Positions 24,801 to 31,746 of a stretch of DNA of 32,000 bases are shown piece after piece. The first letter of the stretch is position 1. Every line of letters begins with the position of its first letter. Both the position numbers and the translations under genes were made by a program. The notes beneath the pieces are model-generated. The model did no database searches. It was not told the DNA's origin and saw nothing but the letters and a program-made list of their open reading frames with translations. Source of the DNA: Fibrobacter succinogenes subsp. succinogenes S85 (GTDB taxonomy: Bacteria > Fibrobacterota > Fibrobacteria > Fibrobacterales > Fibrobacteraceae); assembly GCF_000146505.1 (NCBI RefSeq), contig NC_017448.1:3360001-3392000 (forward strand). The letters run 5' to 3'.

Positions 24801-27592
24801 TGTCGGATAGAAATAAGACAAAGTATCCGGAGCTGACCACCAAGACGACGATTACAATCACGTTGAAGGATGTTCCGGAAGTTCCGCAGATTACGAGTAC
24901 TGAATTTAGTGTCAGGGAAAATCCGCCAGCTGATACCCTTATCGGTATTATCGAAGCGACTGACCCAGATGGCGAAGGCGAACTCCTCTTCTCGCTTGCC
25001 GAAGAAAGCCCGTATGTGACTGTCAAGCCGAATGGCGAAATCCGAGTCAAGGAAGGTGCTGTCATTGACTACGAAAAGACTCCGAAGTTCACTATTACAG
25101 TGACTGTTAAGGATGCTGACGGTCTTGAATTTGATGGTGATATCGTCATCAACGTCATTGACGTGAACGAACCGCCGAAGATTGAACCGCAGGAATTCAC
25201 GTTCCCGGAAGATTCCAAGCCGGGTACCAAGAAGGGGCCTGTTGAAGCCAAGGATCCGGATAAGAAGACTCCTGAATTCTGTGACTTGAAGTTCTATCCT
25301 GTCGAAGAGGATGATGTATTCGACATCAAGCCGAATGGTGACATTGTCTTGAAGGGCGAACTCGACTATGAAAAGCAGAAGAATTACATTATCAAGGTCT
25401 ACGTGACGGATGGTGAATTCACTGATACGACGGATATTACCATCAAGGTGGGTAACGTCATTGAAAAGTCTGAAGTTGAAATTACCCGTGTTGAAGCTGG
25501 TGATTCTATCTATCTCAAGCCGAAGCCGACTGATCCGATCTACACGAACAAGGACGTGATCACGGTGGAATGGACTCAAGATGGCAAGGTGATGACAAGC
25601 CAGGATTCTCTCAAGGAAGGCTGCCAGACGATTGTCAAGACGTATAAGGATCCGAGCAAGGATGTTGCAGGTTCTGATTCCATTGAAGTCTGCTACAGCA
25701 CTGCCGCTCCGATTGTTGAAGTCAGTGCGACAAAGACCAAGGTCGAAGCCGATAACATCTATACGATTGTCGAAAGCGTGGATAAGAGCGACTCCTCTAT
25801 TTACGTGAACGATAAGACCAAGGAAGTCGAAGTGACTGTGAAGGATACCGTTTCCAAGTACAAGGAAACCTTCAAGGTCAATGTCGTTCTGGATACGGTC
25901 GCTATCTCGGATAAGACGGTCAAGAACATGGTGGAAATTTCCAAGTCCGAAATCGTACTTGAAAAGAACCCGAAGTCTGATGTCAAGACGAATTCGATTG
26001 GCGACAAGACGAAGGTCTCTTATAACAAGACTGTTGACGGCGATACGGTTACAGTTTCTTACTTTGTCAATGAAGACGGTGAAATTATCAAGTCCACTGT
26101 TATCGATGAAGATGGCGAAAAGAAGAAGATTGCCGTGATTGAAGTCTCTACGGTTGTTGATGTCAAGGGCAAGAAGGTTGTCGTCTCTTACAAGGCTGAT
26201 GCTGAAACGGGCAAGATCCTGTATGCTGACTCCGAAGGCAACTTGATGGTCGATGTCCCGAGCAGCTCTTCTAGCAAGGATAAGGACAAGAAGTCTGATG
26301 AAGTTGACTTGAAGACTGGCGTGGGCGCTTTCACGGTGACCTACGATGCTAAGGGTGTCGAAGGCAACAAGGCTACGGTCTCTTACGTTATTGATGAAAA
26401 GGGCAAGATTACCGCAAACGAAGAAGGCGACAGAGGCTACCTTGTGACCTACACCTTCACCAACAGATATGGTAATACTGCTGACAAGTCCGTGTTCATG
26501 GTGCTTGACAAGCTCCCGCCGCTTGTGATGATCAACTCTCCGGCTGAAGGCGATGTGGTCTACGCAACTTTCGTCGATGTGGACTGGTGCATTGCTATCG
26601 ATGGCATCGAAAAGAACTGCGTCAAGCAGGATACCTTGAACTTCCAGAGCCTTAATAAGGGCGTGAACTCCATCAAGCGTATTTACCGCGACAAGGCTGG
26701 TAACGAATACATTGCTGAAGTTAACGTGATGATGAAGAAGGCAAAGGATGTCAATATCAACCTTGAAGAACCGATGATCATCGTCTCGATTGATTCCGTG
26801 AACAAGTACTACGAAATCAATCCGCCTGAAGAAGATCAGAAGTACGCGGTCACGATTTTGAATCCGACGACTCAGAAGGAAAAGGAAGTTGTCAAGGGCT
26901 TTGCTAAGGATACGAAGAAGGGCTCTGGCGATGAACCTTATCCGGGTGCTGATGGCCATATCGGCCCGACGGTTACGGTTGACGTGAAGTTGCCGATTGT
27001 AAGCGCTGTGGGTGGCCTTGCTACTTTGGATGACATCATTATCAACGGCAATATGATTGCTGTGGATGGTGTTGATGCCGACAACAGTGAAAAGATTTCT
27101 GTTGATGAGTATGTTGAAAAGTACTGCTCTACGGAATTCCAGGAAGAACTTGGCAAGGATTACAGTAAGGCTATGCTTTACACGACCAATGCTCGCGTGA
27201 CGCTCTGGTTCTTTACGACTGGCGGTCAGTTCGTCGATAAGTACCAGTACGATTACGAAGTCAACGATCCGGAATTTGTTGATAAGGCTGGCCTCATGAA
27301 GTTCTTCTTCGAAATGAAGCCGGATCTCAATGGCGAATTGAGAGATAAGTCTGGTCGTCTCTACGGTACGGGTCCGTATATCGTAAAGACCAAGGTTGAT
27401 CTCCGTTCTAAGCAGCGCTGCGTGGTGCCACCGATTACCGACAAGTCCAAGGTTGGTGATGTGCTGAAGTCTAGCGACGAAATGCTCAAGCGCTTCGGTT
27501 ACCGCCGTCCGGTACTTCGCGGAAACGAAAAGGCATCTTCTTCGAAGAAAGATTCCAAGAGTGATTCAAAGAAAGAATCCTCGAAGAAGTAA
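18887..27592 (+). CDS. Giant secreted cadherin-repeat protein (about 2901 aa from ATG 18887), paralogue of the upstream gene
   Basis: The ATG at 18887 follows AAAAGGAG and gives the signal peptide MWFGKLSLKAAALALVGAVSSMAAS; the track start at 18833 is GTG. About 15 repeats are closed by VNDKP, NQNHAP, DVNEDP, DVNEPP, DVNEPS, DENEEP, NEDEGP, DVNDAP, DVNEMP and similar junctions. The shared C-terminal module ends FGYRRPV, followed by a Lys/Ser-rich tail. Confidence 0.9.
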   Translation: MWFGKLSLKAAALALVGAVSSMAASGISPLTFGDSETDVDNWNYLVNYKLWGQTGISFGNRPTFRNPSGWIGTSSGDLVQPGSEGVLAGAIIVGGDITPHEKTELTTGPFRYKGSLSSSHANGVKCSGTTVSGDCKEVPLYKETLKVPTVSGGSYESGFSIGDRQTRELKVPHNGSYDIYIDHIDFGSSSVLKILMPEGGHTTRIFLNSLNLSDHPHILVWYEGESNPRCNTEKYTCQKNDKGEYLGYQGDLLIYSKSDITFDNIDFAPIVGTFVSAGTIKIGRNMNFAGQMLAKKLEIGNEVDGESFVFVPFKDTPKLTLNAPEATFDEDNKWHEIGISLSSDEGEKDVTFEYCFEFNATAVKGQFAEKADIKTDTDHKFPICGTDSPVKVTIPKGKTVAQTAANKIYINPVIDGIVETPKSGQVGEKLWLKISNVEGAIVSKDNYDESVGGFNIYIKDVDKLPQGNSSLKVSVKEDAVYTFAEEDFDYQHTTRTFASVKITSLPTKSSLLLNGSAVKKDQVITVANLGKLTYKPVANEFSKTKTEVYTSFKFRVIGSGSGDNTSEEYTANVNVIPVNDKPTTDASYTFTVSENPSKNESLGSVTVTDVANERDVDSYTFALVSGDKDCSSCFTLTSSGEVKVNGTQTFNYYTKSSYTLTAKVTDDAKTEKNYGLTGNPETSKNFTIVINVKNQNHAPTISDQPFTLPEKNKTATGIVDWTSAKVVGTVVAKDVDGDNLIFKVETSGIPFAFKNGTSSLIVSDGSKLDYETKSVWTFKVSVTDPSGASDDAIITVNLEDVNEDPIPSDVKSEYTVKENTATGTAFGTFTVTDNDAGDKLTYKLTGALTGAAGISSTLKNKTLADIFYVDEPASSSGKRTASIRVKSSALLDYEELYKASSKNASYPVTITITDKASNSVDVSTKITVQDVNEDLTATGGTFYIQEHSPGLTHVCTKEYDEDCSESDYGYVIGTDKDKYNKSFSTLTYTMSTANTGVKATDAKNFVVNSDDGSISTAANAEFEYDGVGAKISYTFLVTVSDGTFSKDVSVTVKVLNIEEPPVKLVTEGSGKIREDAPEGHIAATFKKEFITDPDELAKFEALGNEDDIRYKVYEEASGYGVFKAIITTGEIRLDDPSKIDFETLCAKDVTCKSNATLGTSPMFEVLMTAWNENNPSVTLEITRYIEIVDVNEPPTASDFTKTVDENIAGGTVIGTIEASDPDKYASCRAGSHSCGFNTLHYSIVDASGLPFEIDQNTGVIKLKKNERLRYIEKNQYKFDVKVSDRATTEPALSTIAHVTINVTDVNEPSEFKVLADLYEVKENTAVDTKFGDKIVVYDEDAADVSTTAKPALKISIKDNGTCTAGKNCAEDLFNVVIVKNTDANHETQFQFVVKSDLNYEQLYKATEKDAIFDVTLTVTDKAGNKVSQDTKVRVIDENEEPEFVGEPYNKFTVSENVKTETLLGTVEATDPDIYNKNYGTLYFSLDDSYDDAALFDIDRKTGELYVVNNANLNYEDKSEYKFKVVATDKEFTISTLVTVTVKNEDEGPVFPTVPDLYVDENTPKGTIATLKNGTKQAIAASDDDCSNRHTCKAPTYTLVAADGAPDDFKAFSIDADGFISVAKDNVLNYEKQNKYVVRVVATDGSVTTLTDEVDVTIYVRDVNDAPVFELVEYPFEVDENKPAGEVVGAVVATDEDTWSKLTFKLDDLKTGSGDSKKFTIDASGKISTTEKLNHEEQETYELLVTVTDNGSSKGFENLSATTKVVITVNDKPDDPIIIDDKKNYEVAENTAEHPIKDATIACYDVSDEDQDQEKSLAGYVVDVGGTDADRLFDAKVKKDGSKYKLCLSVKTPTKFNYEALPHEHSIKVGVIDSDERTHEIAKTIKIVDVNEMPIISGSLAYSFYENKGEGYVIGKFSSADVDTAKGFTDNVFSAIGGDTDLFTITEDGKIKALRDFDYEKEKVRTFELEIALSDRNKTKYPELTTKTTITITLKDVPEVPQITSTEFSVRENPPADTLIGIIEATDPDGEGELLFSLAEESPYVTVKPNGEIRVKEGAVIDYEKTPKFTITVTVKDADGLEFDGDIVINVIDVNEPPKIEPQEFTFPEDSKPGTKKGPVEAKDPDKKTPEFCDLKFYPVEEDDVFDIKPNGDIVLKGELDYEKQKNYIIKVYVTDGEFTDTTDITIKVGNVIEKSEVEITRVEAGDSIYLKPKPTDPIYTNKDVITVEWTQDGKVMTSQDSLKEGCQTIVKTYKDPSKDVAGSDSIEVCYSTAAPIVEVSATKTKVEADNIYTIVESVDKSDSSIYVNDKTKEVEVTVKDTVSKYKETFKVNVVLDTVAISDKTVKNMVEISKSEIVLEKNPKSDVKTNSIGDKTKVSYNKTVDGDTVTVSYFVNEDGEIIKSTVIDEDGEKKKIAVIEVSTVVDVKGKKVVVSYKADAETGKILYADSEGNLMVDVPSSSSSKDKDKKSDEVDLKTGVGAFTVTYDAKGVEGNKATVSYVIDEKGKITANEEGDRGYLVTYTFTNRYGNTADKSVFMVLDKLPPLVMINSPAEGDVVYATFVDVDWCIAIDGIEKNCVKQDTLNFQSLNKGVNSIKRIYRDKAGNEYIAEVNVMMKKAKDVNINLEEPMIIVSIDSVNKYYEINPPEEDQKYAVTILNPTTQKEKEVVKGFAKDTKKGSGDEPYPGADGHIGPTVTVDVKLPIVSAVGGLATLDDIIINGNMIAVDGVDADNSEKISVDEYVEKYCSTEFQEELGKDYSKAMLYTTNARVTLWFFTTGGQFVDKYQYDYEVNDPEFVDKAGLMKFFFEMKPDLNGELRDKSGRLYGTGPYIVKTKVDLRSKQRCVVPPITDKSKVGDVLKSSDEMLKRFGYRRPVLRGNEKASSSKKDSKSDSKKESSKK
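20261..25464 (+). repeat. Array of about 15 cadherin-type domain repeats (protein-level repeat)
   Basis: Sixteen junction motifs run from IKDVDKLP to GNVIEKS at roughly 105-120 codon spacing. Recurrent F-x-V-x-EN, DxD and (L/F)(D/N)YE motifs occur inside the units. Confidence 0.75.
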
Positions 27593-27612
27593 GGCTTAAA
27601 GCTTAAGAGTTT

Positions 27613-27645
27613 AATCCCGGTCATTGACCGGGATTTCTATTTTTG
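27613..27645 (+). terminator. Intrinsic terminator of giant gene 2
   Basis: Perfect 10-bp stem AATCCCGGTC-ATT-GACCGGGATT followed by TCTATTTTT, 21 nt after the stop. Confidence 0.85.
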
Positions 27646-27664
27646 GGGCAAAAAGAGGTATTAT

Positions 27665-27991
27665 ATGGGTATTGAAGAACGTTCTACTTTGGTTTTTGCA
27701 AGCGGTGTTGGGCGCATTAAAGAAGAAAAGCCCAAGGCAAGTCGCCCGCAGGGCGATGGCGTTGTACGCATTTCGCTCAAGCGACTTGGCGGAGGCAAGA
27801 TGGCTAGCGTCGTATCGGGAGTTCCGATGGATGAAGACGAGCTCAAGGACCTGGCGCGCGTTTTGAAGCAAAAGTGCGGTGTAGGCGGTTCTGTCAAGGA
27901 TTTCAATATCGAGATTCAGGGGGACAAGCGTAACGTTCTCAAGGCAGAACTGGAGAAAAAGGGCTTTACTGTCAAGCTTGCTGGCGGCTGA
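27665..27991 (+). CDS. yciH: SUI1/eIF1-family translation initiation factor homologue (YciH-like)
   Basis: 108 aa. The segment GDGVVRISLKRLGGGKMASVVSGVPMDEDELKDLARVLKQKCGVGGSVKDFNIEIQGDKRNVLKAELEKKGFTVKLAGG matches the bacterial SUI1 domain pattern. Confidence 0.85.
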   Translation: MGIEERSTLVFASGVGRIKEEKPKASRPQGDGVVRISLKRLGGGKMASVVSGVPMDEDELKDLARVLKQKCGVGGSVKDFNIEIQGDKRNVLKAELEKKGFTVKLAGG

Positions 27992-28079
27992 TGTGTTTTA
28001 AATCATCTTTTGCATTTTTTCGCCCAAAAAAATTGCAAAAAAAGTAAATTTATTGTAAGAAAATAAGTGAAGAGGTCTT

Positions 28080-29432
28080 ATGTTTAAGCATCTGTCTTTG
28101 TCATGCCTTTTATTGGTTGCTGTTTCTTCGACAGTCTTTGCTGCGTCGTCCAAGGGTGAAAAGGTTGGGGCGATTCGCGATGCTCATGATCCCGCGTTTA
28201 TAAATTCCGGAAGCTGTCCGGACGATGATGTGTGGCCGAAACATGCTTCGGATGTCAAAAAATTCCGTGCGAAGGATTGCTTTAAGACTGGGCCTGAAGG
28301 TTCTATCTTTCTAGAGTTGAAAGATGATAATAGCACCTTTACGATAGGTGAAAAATCTATTGTCGATATCAGTGAGTATTTAGATAAGGATCCAGAGAAG
28401 GGTACTTTTGTAATAAAGTCCAATATCAAGAAAGGATATATGGGCTTTAAGGTCAATAGGGAAGAGGGGCATGAGGCTTCTTTCCGTACAGGAACTGCTG
28501 CAGCTTCAATTCGTGGTACGGAAGGTGCTCTTGGAGGTAATGAACATTCGTTTTTTGGCGGACTAAAGAATGGACGTCTGCATATTGAGTCTCACGAAGG
28601 ACGCACTCTTGATATTGTTGCCGGAGAAACGGTCTTTGGTCGAGGGGAATTTGTTTCTCTGAAGCTCAAGTCTTCTGGCGATTTGGGTTTTGCTAAAATT
28701 TTGAATAATCTTATTTCGGATACGACTTTGTCTTTAGAAGATTTAACGGCTGCTGCTGTAAAGGAAGATTCCGCTTATCAGGAATCGCTTGCCGCAAATG
28801 CAACTTCGGCTGCCGCTCAGATGGCAGAAGTTGCTCAAGAAAAAGAGGACTTGAAAGTTCCGCAAGTTAAGTACTCCTCCTACGATTCCTTGCGCTGCGT
28901 AGCCAACGTTTCTGTATCCAACGTGCAAAAGGGTACCGAAGCTCGCTTGTCTGCTTTGATGGACGGAACGCCGATTTCGGAAGTAAGTGTTAAGCGCAAT
29001 ATGCCTAAGCGCGTTAATTTGCGCAGTGGTGTCCATGAATATGAATTTGTTGTAGAAAACGATTCTGGCCGCAACAGTGTGAAAAAGACTTTGGGCTGTT
29101 ATCCGATGAAACCGTTCTCAGTCAAGGTCTTTGGCAAAAAAACAGAGACTATCCAGATTCCGCCTGCGCCTCCGGGAGTTGATGATGTTATTATGCAGAC
29201 GTTGCAGTTCCAGATTCGCCTGCCTGAATATGACCCGAGCTTATTGAATAAAGTTACAGTCCGTCAAGATGGTAAGGTGATTTTGCAGGAACGCTTGTCC
29301 CAAATCCAAAATCTTGATTACCAGATTCCTGTGGAACTGAAGCGTGGACACAAGAACCGCTTTGATATTGAAGTTGTCCACAAGAGTGGTTTTGCGGTCA
29401 AGACGACAAAGTTTTATAAGGTGGGTGAATGA
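28080..29432 (+). CDS. Secreted protein with a FecR-like N-terminal domain and Ig-like C-terminal region
   Basis: 450 aa with the signal peptide MFKHLSLSCLLLVAVSSTVFAAS. The FecR-domain-like core is FTIGEKSIVDISEY...ASFRTGTAAASIRGTEGAL. An Ala-rich linker is followed by a beta-rich C-terminal half. The domain call rests on motif recall only. Confidence 0.5.
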   Translation: MFKHLSLSCLLLVAVSSTVFAASSKGEKVGAIRDAHDPAFINSGSCPDDDVWPKHASDVKKFRAKDCFKTGPEGSIFLELKDDNSTFTIGEKSIVDISEYLDKDPEKGTFVIKSNIKKGYMGFKVNREEGHEASFRTGTAAASIRGTEGALGGNEHSFFGGLKNGRLHIESHEGRTLDIVAGETVFGRGEFVSLKLKSSGDLGFAKILNNLISDTTLSLEDLTAAAVKEDSAYQESLAANATSAAAQMAEVAQEKEDLKVPQVKYSSYDSLRCVANVSVSNVQKGTEARLSALMDGTPISEVSVKRNMPKRVNLRSGVHEYEFVVENDSGRNSVKKTLGCYPMKPFSVKVFGKKTETIQIPPAPPGVDDVIMQTLQFQIRLPEYDPSLLNKVTVRQDGKVILQERLSQIQNLDYQIPVELKRGHKNRFDIEVVHKSGFAVKTTKFYKVGE

Positions 29433-31744
29433 TGTTTCGAGGACTCGCTCTAGCTTCTATTTTGGCAATCCCCGCTTTGGCGCAGTCTGTTGACGATTCC
29501 GCAGACGCTATGCAGAATGCTTCTGCATGGACGGTGAATGGTTCTGTCAATGCTGAATTTGGTTTCCATTCTGTTGTAACCGAGAAGAACAGCACTGATT
29601 CAATCTTTGTGAATGGCAACGATTCAATTCGTCCGGGCAAAAAGTATAGAAACTACTTCCAGGTTCCGGGTGCATTTGGCAACTTGAATGCATTCCTCCA
29701 GATGGAATCTGCGTCAGGTCAGAAAATTGAATTTAGTTTAGATGCATCCTCCGATAGGTGGAATTATCTTGATCCTAAATTTGTACAAGTCATGTACGAA
29801 GACCGCTACCAGAAGTTTATTTTGGGCGATATGTTTGTCTCGGCCGGGGATTTGTATTTAGCAGGTGTTGATGTCTTTGGTGCAAGTTATGATTTTTATC
29901 TGAACTTGAACAGGGCTGAAAAACCTTTACTCGTTTTTAACGTGTTTGGCGGTGAAAATCATGCTCCGAAGTTGCCCGGTGATAGAGACCCGGACCAGTA
30001 CAATAGATATATCGGCATTGATGAAGTCGAAGCTCAGAAAATGTTGATTGGCGGCAAGGTTCTTTGGAACGCTTCACAAAACTTTGATGCTACGGTCGGC
30101 TTTATCGGTAGCAAGGATTACTTAGAAGATCCGTTCTTGCGCGATGGAACGTCGGATAACGTAAATCTTTCAAATCCGATGTTCTCTTCGAGGACACTGT
30201 TTGGCGAGATTAATGGCAAGGTTCTTGGTGGGCGTGGAACGTACAATGTACAGCTTGGCTTTGGCGGAGCCGATACGGTGAATGTCGTTGCTCATCGTGC
30301 AGTGAATGCCGTCTTTGAAGATGCTGGACTTGGTGTTTCTCGTTTTGCACAATTGCGCCGCTTGATGAATAATTCATCTCAGGTGAACCGCATGACCCGC
30401 GAAGAACTAGAACTTCTTTTTGGCGACAATACGGACATGTCTGTTGATGAGATGCGTAGTGAACTGACGCGAATTTTGAAGCTCGCTCAGGAAGCATTGA
30501 AAAAGCATCGTGACGAAAAGAACGACGATCCGACGGATTGGACTGCACAGAATCTTGCTTTGTCTGGATCGTACAATTGGAAAAACAGCACCACGATGAT
30601 TGATGCGTATTTCCGTTTTGTGGGCCGCAACTATTATAGCGCAGGATCTCCGGATTTGTTGCAGAACTCCCGTCAGTTGGGATTCAAACTTGATCAAAAA
30701 ATCAAGGATTTCTGGAAGTTGAATTTTGGCTATGAATTGAATATTGAAAATGCTTCGGGTCATGGTGATGCGTATAACGTATTTGGCTTTGCTGAAGGTT
30801 CAAAGCTTGGACTTTTGCCTGGTGCTGATGAGGACTGGCTTGAAAAGCATGAACAGGATGCTTCAAGAACGCTTTATATTCATGACTTTGATTTGAAGAA
30901 CACGTTTAAGGTGCGTGATTCTATTGAAGTCGTTGCCCGTTACGTTCTAGACTACCGTACTCGTAGCACACCGCAGAGACTTCACGGTAATTACTTCGCA
31001 TCTTCAGGAATTTATTCGGACTCCTGGTTTGACGTCCAGAAGGGTAAGCCGACAATTGATGTGGATACCGATGATGGAACAATCCAGATTGATTCTGCTC
31101 GCTGGGCAAAGTATTCTGCGTTGCAGAATGAAGATTATTTGGCAACGCAGTTTGAGGAACGCTTGCTCAAGCATACTTTTGAACTTTTGGCCACATTCAA
31201 GTTCCCAAAGAACGTGCTGAAATTAGGTGGCGTTTGGACTTATCGTGCGGACATGTCAAAGTTCGTTCAGGATGATTTGCTGGATGGCATTGATTTCTCC
31301 AATGAAACTTATGGTATTCTTGGTTATTATTTCCATGGTGGTGACTATCTTGATGCTCGCTATCCGATTTCTCTTACGACGACTTTGGATAAAATTCGCA
31401 ATACGGTTTCTGTAACTCCGAGATTCAGAATATACAACCGTAACGACATGAGCGAATTTGAATGGACTCTCGTGGATAATGCCGTTTTCCAGTTGAAGCC
31501 GGGCTTCCTCGATTTATTGTTGCATGGAAACCTCCGCCAGAATTTCTTGACTCGTAAAGAAGAAGGAAAAACAATAGAAGAAATGGAAATGGATTTGGAC
31601 CTTTCTGCTGGCCTGAAGTTCCAATTCACGGAAAGGCTTGGCACTGAGTTTACGTTTGGTACATTCCTCAATTACCGTCCGGACAATGAATCTGAAGATT
31701 ACAGAGACATTTACGGCAGTGTTTCCGTTAATTACGACTTCTAG
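29429..31744 (+). CDS. Predicted large outer-membrane beta-barrel protein
   Basis: 771 aa with the signal peptide MMFRGLALASILAIPALAQS. The sequence is rich in alternating aromatic/Gly strands and the C-terminus SVSVNYDF ends in Phe (an OMP beta-signal). The start overlaps the upstream stop (ATGA at 29429-29432), indicating translational coupling. Confidence 0.55.
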   Translation: MMFRGLALASILAIPALAQSVDDSADAMQNASAWTVNGSVNAEFGFHSVVTEKNSTDSIFVNGNDSIRPGKKYRNYFQVPGAFGNLNAFLQMESASGQKIEFSLDASSDRWNYLDPKFVQVMYEDRYQKFILGDMFVSAGDLYLAGVDVFGASYDFYLNLNRAEKPLLVFNVFGGENHAPKLPGDRDPDQYNRYIGIDEVEAQKMLIGGKVLWNASQNFDATVGFIGSKDYLEDPFLRDGTSDNVNLSNPMFSSRTLFGEINGKVLGGRGTYNVQLGFGGADTVNVVAHRAVNAVFEDAGLGVSRFAQLRRLMNNSSQVNRMTREELELLFGDNTDMSVDEMRSELTRILKLAQEALKKHRDEKNDDPTDWTAQNLALSGSYNWKNSTTMIDAYFRFVGRNYYSAGSPDLLQNSRQLGFKLDQKIKDFWKLNFGYELNIENASGHGDAYNVFGFAEGSKLGLLPGADEDWLEKHEQDASRTLYIHDFDLKNTFKVRDSIEVVARYVLDYRTRSTPQRLHGNYFASSGIYSDSWFDVQKGKPTIDVDTDDGTIQIDSARWAKYSALQNEDYLATQFEERLLKHTFELLATFKFPKNVLKLGGVWTYRADMSKFVQDDLLDGIDFSNETYGILGYYFHGGDYLDARYPISLTTTLDKIRNTVSVTPRFRIYNRNDMSEFEWTLVDNAVFQLKPGFLDLLLHGNLRQNFLTRKEEGKTIEEMEMDLDLSAGLKFQFTERLGTEFTFGTFLNYRPDNESEDYRDIYGSVSVNYDF

Positions 31745-31746
31745 CT

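Noticed and set aside
20675-26959. Three long antisense ORFs inside giant gene 2 (20675..21727, 22283..24265, 24479..26959; 350, 660 and 826 aa)
   Set aside because: All three are in the frame complementary to the sense codons of gene 2. Their translations are repetitive I/R/N/F/L-rich strings. They are mirror products of biased codon usage rather than genes.
27611-27906. ORFs 27611..27871(-), 27624..27866(+) and 27661..27906(-) overlapping the SUI1 gene
   Set aside because: They are shadow ORFs of the well-supported SUI1/YciH frame. One also begins inside the terminator hairpin.
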